Source: a virus. From it: a stretch of 64,000 nt of DNA. The translations under genes and the position numbers were made by a program. Numbering within the stretch: the stretch's first letter is position 1; the number at the start of each line of letters is the position of its first letter. The stretch covers positions 256,001-320,000 of the IMG/VR virus record IMGVR_UViG_3300045988_174371, one strand, 5' to 3'. The notes beneath the pieces were generated by a model, which saw nothing but the letters and a program-made list of their open reading frames with translations, ran no database searches and was not told the origin of the DNA. This document shows, piece by piece, positions 51,039-58,879 of the stretch.

Positions 51039-53551
51039 TTACCAGACTCGAAGCTTATCGCCGTACCTGTTCTTATCAGAGATTGGCTGAACGTTAAGCG
51101 TCTGGTCTTCCATCTCGTAGCGGCGCAACACGTTCTGAATAGCATACTCAGAAGTGGTAGCCTGGAAAGCAGTTGCCCTGCTACCGTCAGGGTCACTCAA
51201 CCTGTCCATCGGCGTAAGGTTCTCACGTATCTGAACCATCAGCCCCTTCTTATCGTCTACAACGACGTAAGTCTCACGAGTGCCATCCTTATCTGGAGCA
51301 TTACCAATAATAAGGTTGCCCTTCTCAGCGTCCTCAATCTTCACAGACTCAGTGTTCCAGTTCACACGCCTAGATGCCACAGGGTTATGCTCCGTGAGCC
51401 TCGGCTCAAACGCGCCCGCGAACTCATCAGCCTGCGCCGTAATCATATCGCGCTTACGTCGAGCACTATTCATGATGGATACACGAGTTTCCGGCGAAAC
51501 GTCAGGGTGCTCACTAAGGATACGCTTCATGTCCTCAGCCTCATTGTACTGTTTCACCGGCTCACGCTTAGAAGCCTTAAACTCCTTCGCGTTAGCGTCA
51601 AACTCCACCTTACCAGCATCAATCTGCTCCTTGAGGTACTTCCTCACCTCACGCTTGAGCGCACCTTCGTTACCTGCCTTGAGCGCATTACTGGACTTAC
51701 TGATGGCGGGCATACCGAACTGCTTGCGGGCAACCTCATAAAGCTTCCCGGCGTCCATAGAGTCCACACCATCCGCAAGCTCCCTATTGCGGCGAGACTG
51801 CTCAGTTAGAGCACTCTCACGTTCCTTAAGGTAGTTCGTCACATTATCAAACATCTCCCCATAGGTTCCACTACCTTCATAGGTGCTCACAATACCAGGG
51901 TCAGCAGAGCTACGCCCAGCACGGAAATGACCGCCGTTATCGAGTGCCGCATACTCGTATAGCTCATCCTCATTAGAGTAAACGCGGGCACCGCCTGAGT
52001 GAAGCAGGTTCGTACCATCAAGGTCATGCATCGCACCAGTCTTCAGGTTCACATGACCCCACAACGCCCCATTAGGCGCACGCAGGGAACCGTCTTCCCC
52101 AATCTTGTAAACGAGAGCGTCTTGGTCGTTTAGCATGACGTAAGCGCCAGGCTTGACCTTTGCCTTCAACTTCGCGCCAGCTTCCTTGTGGTAAGCCTTC
52201 ACAGCTGGCGAAGAATCATGCAGATAGAAGTTCTTACTGATAGGTGAATTTTTCAGCTGGTCAAGGCTGGAAGTATTGGACTTAATACTTGCCTTAATAT
52301 CCTCCAGCTTCGCCGGGCCACTCTTTCGCGCCGCCTCATGCTTTGCATTAGTCGCATCCTTAAGCGCATCACCATACTTCTCAGCGTACAGCTGGTGACG
52401 CAACTTATTCAGCTCAACCTCCGGGTTCAACCCAAGCTTGGACAGCTCATCAGGCGACACATCCCCCATGTAACGCCCCCAAGCCTCACTACTATCAATG
52501 CCGTCATTGTGAATGACATCTGCGTTGATATGGTTATAAGCCGCCTTACGGAAGTATGGGTTAGAGTCCCCGGATACTGAATCATCATATTCTGCATAAT
52601 TGCGTCATTGACTTGGTTGCCATCTTCACCGTAGTCAGTGATAGAACGCCAAGCGCGAGTATCGCGCTCACCAGCAACACCATCATACGCCGCGTCAGCC
52701 GCCTCATTAAGGAGCTTAAACTCATCCTCATAGTTAGAGGCAATAGTCCGCTCCTCAACGTTCAGTTGGTCAGTCTGACCTGTGCGCATAGCCGTCAAAG
52801 CTACCCCAAAGTTATGGTACTCACCTTCCAGAGCCTTGTAGTAATCGCCGCCCCTGTCCCCATAAGAGTAAGAGTACCCTTGCCTGTCCAATGCAGGCGG
52901 AAGCTCCTCAAAGTCGCTCCTAGCAGACATCTTGTAGGTACTGAGAACTTCCTGGAACTTAGCGAAACCCTCTTCCGTTTCCAGGTCAATGTCTTCCGGC
53001 TTAGACCTTTGAACCAGCGGGTGCGTCTCACCTGTCAAAGAGTCTCGCAATGAAGCCTCTCGCTTAGCCATAAATTCGCCAACAGCTTCACTCATTGACG
53101 CGGGAGGCTCATAATCCTCATAATCATCGTCATCCTCCAGGTCACCCAAATTAGCGCTCAGCGCTTCTCGAAGTTCCTTCAACCCATCAGACTCAGCCTC
53201 AACGGTAGGTTCCTCTGCTACGACATCCTTACCTACGTTCTCGCGGGCGTACTTCGGGTCAGTCGGCTCACCAGCCAGTAGGTGAGCAATATCTTCAGGG
53301 AAGCCCATTTCAACCGCTTCATCGAACGGAATTTTCGACTCGCCCATAGCCTGAACGTGAATCTGGTACCCTTCCCTTAGGGTGGGTTCAAGAGACTGGA
53401 AAGCATTAGAAACTTCTTCCAAGTAGTTGTGCGCTTCCGAAGGGTCTGCGAAGTGGTTACCGTAAGGGCAACGTCCCTTATCGGCGCGGCATGTACCGCT
53501 GGTGAGTTCACCCTTCTTATTGAAACCTACGTGAGTTTTCTGTGCTGTCAT
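51039..53551 (-). pseudogene. Frameshifted copy of the H-C-C-H knuckle / C-terminal-Trp family (array copy 1)
   Basis: Track ORFs 52427..53551 (N-terminal part) and 51039..52469 (C-terminal part) together align with the intact paralogues. The downstream frame is open from 52604, and homology switches frame (-1) near 52565..52585. Confidence 0.7.
53247..53391 (-). repeat. 145-bp block identical to 55886..56030
   Basis: Base-by-base comparison shows 145/145 identity between array copies 1 and 2, while flanking codons are diverged. Confidence 0.9.
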
Positions 53552-53585
53552 ATTAGTTATCTATCCTTTTCATTGTTTCAAGTGT

Positions 53586-53629
53586 GCGGTGTGCGCCATG
53601 TAAGCAATAAGCCACATGGCGCACACCGC
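53586..53629 (-). terminator. Stem-loop between array copies 2 and 1
   Basis: Perfect 15-bp arms gcggtgtgcgccatg / catggcgcacaccgc. No U-tract. Confidence 0.5.
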
Positions 53630-53658
53630 ATATTGCCCTCTATCGGGCGAAAAATGTC

Positions 53659-56187
53659 TTACCAGAGAATAAGGTCGTAATCGTTATCACTCTCGTAAGG
53701 CATATCCAGGACTTCAAGGCTAGTATCGCCCATCTTGTAGCGGTTAAGGATGTCAGTGACCGCATAGTCGGAAGTCATAGACTGATGGCTATCAGGAACC
53801 AATAGACCCTTAGAGTCGCTAGTGCTCTTCGCGTTCCTATGCTGTGAAGTGACCGTATGGAGAGGCACCATGCGCCCCTTCTCGCGGTCTACCACAACAA
53901 ACGTAGGATGCTGGTCTTTCTCCTTATCCACTGAGTTGAACAGAATGTCGCCAGTTCGAGCATACTTAGGTGCCACACGCTTATTGTCCCAGACCCTACG
54001 CCTATGGGCGGATGGGTTGTTCTCAGTGAGCTTAGGCTCAAAAGCTCCCGCAAACTCATCGCCCTGCGTGGTGACACGGTTACGTGAACGCCTTGCCGCA
54101 TTGATGATAGACATCTTCGTGGCTACAGGGGTGGTAGTGCCCAACAAATCAACAAGAGACTTCTTAGGCTTGTAGTCACTCAACGGCTTACGGTTAGCCT
54201 TGACGATACTGCCAGTCTTCGGGTTGTACTTAGCCTTACCGTCATTAAACTGCTTCTCCAAGAAATCCTGAACCATGATTTCTTTCTTAAACTGCCCCTC
54301 AGCACTATTGTCATCAGCAAGTTCCTTGTCGAAGGCGGGCATCCCAAACCTTGACGTAGCAACCTTGTACAGCTCGCTAGTGTCCTTGCCGCTAATTGCA
54401 GTGCTGTACTCCTGACGGATGGTTGAAGCATGGGCTAGAGCTTTCTCTTCACGCTTCAAATACTCCAGAGCACGCGCATATTTCTTCGCGTACTTCGGGT
54501 CGTCCTCGTAGCGGGAGCGGTAGCCAGGGTCGGAAGAAACAATCTCATCGTCAGCCAATCCCGGACGGTCATCAAGCGCCGCATGGCTAATCAGCTCATT
54601 CTCATCAGCGTAAACAGTGACACCGCCACTATCTCGCGTAACGTTCCTACCGTGAGCGTTATACACCTTGCCCGACTTCGTATCCACGTAGCCCCACGTC
54701 TTACCATCAGGAGTAATGAGCGCGCCTTCATCGTCAATCTGGTACACCTCAGCATCGTGCCCGTGAAGCATGACGTATGCGCCTGGCTTCAGCTTCTCCG
54801 CAACACGGCGACCTGACTCCTCATAATAATCGTTCGCAAGGAAATTGTCGTCCCTATATGCGAATGGCTTCTCCAAGATGGAGCTATCTACTGACCTGGG
54901 GATGGTTCCGTAGGCTTCTATGTTCGCCTTAATCTCATCAACGTACAAGCCCTTAGCGGTCGCATTCGCGGACTTCTTCGCGCCTGCGTCCTTAGCGAGC
55001 ATGTCAGTGTACTTATTGATGAACATGCGGTGACGGAACCTATTCATCTCAATGTCTGGCTCGTACCCCATCTCAGTAGGAGCACTTCGCGGTATGCCGT
55101 AGGGTCCAATGACGCGATGCCAGTCAGCATCCCCTGCTACACCGTCATTGTGGATAAGGTCGCCGTTAATAGCTTCATCCGCCTGCCTGCGGAGCGACTT
55201 GTCTTCCCCTTTCATCTTCCTGAAAAGAGTGTCTTGGGTAATCAAGTCGTTAATTTCGTTGCCGAACTCGCCATAGTTTGCCATAGTCCTGAACGCTGGC
55301 GACCCTGGGAGATATATCCCCTGCGCATCATAGGCTTTACCAGCCTCATAATCAGTTTCAATATGGCTCAACAGGACATTGTTAATCATGTCTCGACGGG
55401 CTTTGTCGCGCTCATCCAGTCGCTCAAGGTTCCCGGTACGAAGAGCATTAACTGCTCCTGCGTACCTGTGAAGTTCCTTCTTCATCCGGTCACGGTCGCC
55501 GTTAGGGTCATGCCCCTCATAGATTGCGTCACGCAAGTAAGGGGACATTGCTTCAAACTCTTCCCCGTCCGAAAGCCTATAACTGTCCAGTACCTTACGG
55601 AAAAGGCGATACCCTTCATCTGTATCCAATTCAATCGGAACCATAGGGTACCTATCATGGTCAATCCCTGCGGCACCTATCTCCTCTAGAAGTTTAGCCT
55701 TAGGGTTCGAGGCATCCACGGATGCTACCTTAGGTTCCTCCTGGGGGGGGGTGGGGGCGGCTTCTTTCGACTCAGGTTCAGCTCCCATAGGTGAGCCCTT
55801 AGGCTCCTCAACGGGTTCCTCCTTTACCTCTGACACCTCAGAGACAGGCTCAGTGGGCTCAACGTCCTTGCCGACGTTCTCGCGCGCGTACTTCGGGTCA
55901 GTCGGCTCACCAGCCAGTAGGTGAGCAATATCTTCAGGGAAGCCCATTTCAACCGCTTCATCGAACGGAATTTTCGACTCGCCCATAGCCTGAACGTGAA
56001 TCTGGTACCCTTCCCTTAGGGTGGGTTCAATGCTCTGGAATGCTAGTGAGACCTCCTCAAGGTAGTTATGGGCTTCGGCGGGGTCTGCGAAGTGGTTACC
56101 GTAAGGACAACGACCCTTCTCGGCGCGGCATGTACCGCTGGTGAGTTCACCCTTCTTGTTGAATCCTACGTGGGTTTTCTGTGCCAT
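53659..56187 (-). CDS. H-C-C-H knuckle / C-terminal-Trp family protein (array copy 2, 842 aa)
   Basis: N-terminus MAQKTHVGFNKKGELTSGTCRAEKGRCPYGNHFADPAEAHNYLEE (ATG at 56187). Conserved central and C-terminal blocks. The protein ends ...DYDLILW. Confidence 0.75.
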   Translation of the reverse strand: MAQKTHVGFNKKGELTSGTCRAEKGRCPYGNHFADPAEAHNYLEEVSLAFQSIEPTLREGYQIHVQAMGESKIPFDEAVEMGFPEDIAHLLAGEPTDPKYARENVGKDVEPTEPVSEVSEVKEEPVEEPKGSPMGAEPESKEAAPTPPQEEPKVASVDASNPKAKLLEEIGAAGIDHDRYPMVPIELDTDEGYRLFRKVLDSYRLSDGEEFEAMSPYLRDAIYEGHDPNGDRDRMKKELHRYAGAVNALRTGNLERLDERDKARRDMINNVLLSHIETDYEAGKAYDAQGIYLPGSPAFRTMANYGEFGNEINDLITQDTLFRKMKGEDKSLRRQADEAINGDLIHNDGVAGDADWHRVIGPYGIPRSAPTEMGYEPDIEMNRFRHRMFINKYTDMLAKDAGAKKSANATAKGLYVDEIKANIEAYGTIPRSVDSSILEKPFAYRDDNFLANDYYEESGRRVAEKLKPGAYVMLHGHDAEVYQIDDEGALITPDGKTWGYVDTKSGKVYNAHGRNVTRDSGGVTVYADENELISHAALDDRPGLADDEIVSSDPGYRSRYEDDPKYAKKYARALEYLKREEKALAHASTIRQEYSTAISGKDTSELYKVATSRFGMPAFDKELADDNSAEGQFKKEIMVQDFLEKQFNDGKAKYNPKTGSIVKANRKPLSDYKPKKSLVDLLGTTTPVATKMSIINAARRSRNRVTTQGDEFAGAFEPKLTENNPSAHRRRVWDNKRVAPKYARTGDILFNSVDKEKDQHPTFVVVDREKGRMVPLHTVTSQHRNAKSTSDSKGLLVPDSHQSMTSDYAVTDILNRYKMGDTSLEVLDMPYESDNDYDLILW
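55886..56030 (-). repeat. 145-bp block identical to 53247..53391
   Basis: See the partner feature. Encodes ...IHVQAMGESKIPFDEAVEMGFPEDIAHLLAGEPTDPKYA... in both copies. Confidence 0.9.
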
Positions 56188-56363
56188 AATGTTATCCAAT
56201 CAAAAGATGCTTTTACTATGGTGTTTGTTATAGGCGGCTTATCGGTCGTTGATTTCCGCTTATAACACCTATATATCAGGGGTGGGCGCCTCATTGCTGA
56301 ATAGGAATCCCTACAGCACGTGTGAGGCACCCGCCCCTGGAACTACATCCGTCACCTATCGCG

Positions 56364-58748
56364 CTACCATAGTTCCAAGTCGTCATTATCTTCAAAGGAG
56401 ACGTTCTGCACGTTGAGGGATGAATCCTCTACCTGGTGGCGGTGTTCTATATTCTCAATCGTGTACTCAGAAGCCAGTGCGTTAATTCCGGTTGAGGTGG
56501 GGGTGGTGTCCAGCCTATCCACGGGTATCTTGTTGTTGCGGATAGCCGCGATACTGCCTTTCTCCCTATCAACTACCACGTAGACATCGCGAGTGCCATC
56601 AGGTTTAGCTTTCTTACTGTAGAGCAGATTGCCGTTCTCGGCTTCACGCAGAGACATCTTCTTAGCGTTACCCCAATTCCTGCGCCTATGCGCCGATGGG
56701 TTACTCTCAGAGATTTTCTCCTCAAACATACCAGCAAATCGGTCTGCCTGAGAAGTGACCATATCGCGTTGCCGCCTTGCCGCATTAACAAGAGAAACCT
56801 TCACCTCAATAGGCAAAGACCCGTCTATCGTGTCATAGGGACTCCCTGTGGGGGCGAAGGACTCCACATTCGGTCGCTTCGCGGGAACGATAGTTTGCCT
56901 CTTAGATGAGTAGCGGATAGAGCCCTCGTCAATTTTCTTGTCCAAGTAATTGTGGAGAGCTCTCCTGCCTGGCTCGTCAAGCTTGCCTCTGAGCTTTGCT
57001 ATGGGCGGCATCTCAAACCGCTCCACCGCAAGCTTATACATCGCATCAGGCGTAGGGTGCCCAGCTAGGAGGCTCTTCTCCCTATTGCGGGCGGCACGCT
57101 CCCTCGCGGCACGTTCTTTACGGCGGAAGAAGTTCAATACGCGCTTGAAGGGTCGCTTATACTTTGGCTCTTGCTCATACTTGCTGAAGCGCCCTGGGTC
57201 TGCCGAATCCTTACCTGCCTCGTCGTGAGGTGAATCGTCAAGAGCGGCGTACTGCATCAACTCTGCCTCATTCTCATATACGCGGGCACCACTTGTGGTG
57301 AACACTTCGTGACCGTCCTGCCCAATGATAACGCCGGTTTCGTAGTCCACTCGCCCCCATACACCACCACTGGTTGTTCGCAGGTTACCGTCCTCGTCCA
57401 GGCGGTACACTTCAGCGTCTTGCCCATTAAGCATCACAAAAGCGCCAGGCTTAAGCTTCTCACGGGTGCGCTTAACTGCTGACTGGTAGTACTCTTCGGA
57501 GATAACCCTCTTATCTTTACTTACGTAAGATGGTTCCCATTTAGGGGTTCCAGTGCTTTGGGGAGCCTTAGGGGTAGGCGGTTGGTTCTCAAGCATAGCT
57601 TGTTTCCTGAGGGCGGCTTCTTTCCTGAACTTGCTGTCTTGAAGCTCGCTCAGGTACATCCGTACAGCTCTAGAATGCTTTTCTGTAGCCATAGTGAGCT
57701 CAAGCTGTGCCTGTAGCTTCTCGTCACCGTCTTCCATCTTGCCGATAGCTTTAATGAGCTCATCGTAATTCGGCTTATGTGGGTCTTCTGGTGGTACCCC
57801 ATATTTTGCCCGCAGTGCCGCCGCAAGGCGCTCACTCTGCCCCCTAACTGCTTCACGATGAATGAGTTTACCATTGATTGCCTTACGCGCCTCCAGGAAC
57901 TCGCTATACGTATCGCCATTCGACATCTCCGCAAGCCTATCCTGAATAAGCCTGTCTTCCAGCTCATGACCATCTTCACCGTAATCAGTGACAAATTTCC
58001 ACTTGTCATCATCATCGGTCTTCTTCACAGGTATGCCCTGCTCAGCGGATGCCTGCCTCATGACTTCCTTAAAGTACCTGGCGCGCGCAGTAAGCTCCAC
58101 CACCCGCTCGGCATCAGCCGAAGAAATCTCGTCAGTCAAACCCAAACGCATCTTCGCCAAGGTCTTACCGAACCTACGGTATTCCTCAACGAAATTGTCC
58201 TTCTTCACGTCACCCTCACCCTCCAAGGTTTTAATGTCTTCGAGGATATACGGCGGAGGTGAGTCGAAATCTTCCGGCGCTGACACCTTATAGCCCCGCA
58301 AGATTGTGTACATCTTGCGGACATCATCAGGGTTATCCAAGTCCAGCTTAGGGGCTTTGCCGCTACCCTCCTGAAACTCGCTCTCGCTCTCCACAATGAG
58401 TGGCGCAGACTCACCCTTAACCTCTGCTTCGACGTACTCTCGGGCGTACTTCGGGTCGGTAGGCTCACCTGCAAGAAGCTTCGCAACCTCCTCAGGGAAA
58501 CCCTTAGCTTCAGCAACTTCTAGAGGTATCTTACTGAATCCACCTTCCTGCTTCGCCTGCTCATCGATATAGCCTTTAAGCTCCGGGGACAGAGAATTGA
58601 CAAGCTCTGACGTGCGCTCTAGATAGTCATGAGCATCTGATGGGTCGGAAAAGTGGTTGCCGTAAGGGCAACGACCCTTCTTCGCGTCGCACTTACCGCT
58701 AGTGAGCTCACCCTTCTTATTGAACCCAACGTGAGTTTTGTTTTCCAT
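56364..58748 (-). CDS. H-C-C-H knuckle / C-terminal-Trp family protein (array copy 3, 794 aa)
   Basis: N-terminus MENKTHVGFNKKGELTSGKCDAKKGRCPYGNHFSDPSDAHDYLER (ATG at 58748). The protein ends ...DDLELW. Confidence 0.75.
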   Translation of the reverse strand: MENKTHVGFNKKGELTSGKCDAKKGRCPYGNHFSDPSDAHDYLERTSELVNSLSPELKGYIDEQAKQEGGFSKIPLEVAEAKGFPEEVAKLLAGEPTDPKYAREYVEAEVKGESAPLIVESESEFQEGSGKAPKLDLDNPDDVRKMYTILRGYKVSAPEDFDSPPPYILEDIKTLEGEGDVKKDNFVEEYRRFGKTLAKMRLGLTDEISSADAERVVELTARARYFKEVMRQASAEQGIPVKKTDDDDKWKFVTDYGEDGHELEDRLIQDRLAEMSNGDTYSEFLEARKAINGKLIHREAVRGQSERLAAALRAKYGVPPEDPHKPNYDELIKAIGKMEDGDEKLQAQLELTMATEKHSRAVRMYLSELQDSKFRKEAALRKQAMLENQPPTPKAPQSTGTPKWEPSYVSKDKRVISEEYYQSAVKRTREKLKPGAFVMLNGQDAEVYRLDEDGNLRTTSGGVWGRVDYETGVIIGQDGHEVFTTSGARVYENEAELMQYAALDDSPHDEAGKDSADPGRFSKYEQEPKYKRPFKRVLNFFRRKERAARERAARNREKSLLAGHPTPDAMYKLAVERFEMPPIAKLRGKLDEPGRRALHNYLDKKIDEGSIRYSSKRQTIVPAKRPNVESFAPTGSPYDTIDGSLPIEVKVSLVNAARRQRDMVTSQADRFAGMFEEKISESNPSAHRRRNWGNAKKMSLREAENGNLLYSKKAKPDGTRDVYVVVDREKGSIAAIRNNKIPVDRLDTTPTSTGINALASEYTIENIEHRHQVEDSSLNVQNVSFEDNDDLELW

Positions 58749-58780
58749 AGTGTCTTCCATCTTTCAACATGCATTTAGCA

Positions 58781-58819
58781 GTAGTGGGGGTGAAAGTCGA
58801 AAACCTTCACCCCCACTAC
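58781..58819 (-). promoter_or_regulatory. Stem-loop preceded by a CGATATATAG motif, upstream of array copy 3
   Basis: 14-bp arms gtagtgggggtgaa / ttcacccccactac with no U-tract. Motif at 58823..58832. It is either a terminator of copy 4 or a 5'-leader structure of copy 3. Confidence 0.45.
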
Positions 58820-58879
58820 TAACTATATATCGCATATAACCAGCGCTATGAAGCACCTACCAGTAAGGTTGTATGTATA

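Noticed and set aside
52560-52590. Programmed -1 ribosomal frameshift joining the two halves of array copy 1.
   Set aside because: There is no X-XXY-YYZ slippery heptamer and no obvious downstream pseudoknot at the frame switch. A simple indel or sequencing error is more parsimonious. It is kept only as a pseudogene/phase-variation note.
58781-58819. The inter-paralogue hairpins (58781..58819, 61365..61399, 53586..53629), considered as ordinary rho-independent terminators.
   Set aside because: This is not fully rejected, but they lack the U-tract seen at canonical terminators in this window (for example 50949..50999 and 43122..43166). They also follow a conserved GATATATAG motif. Their role as terminator versus 5'-leader structure is left open.
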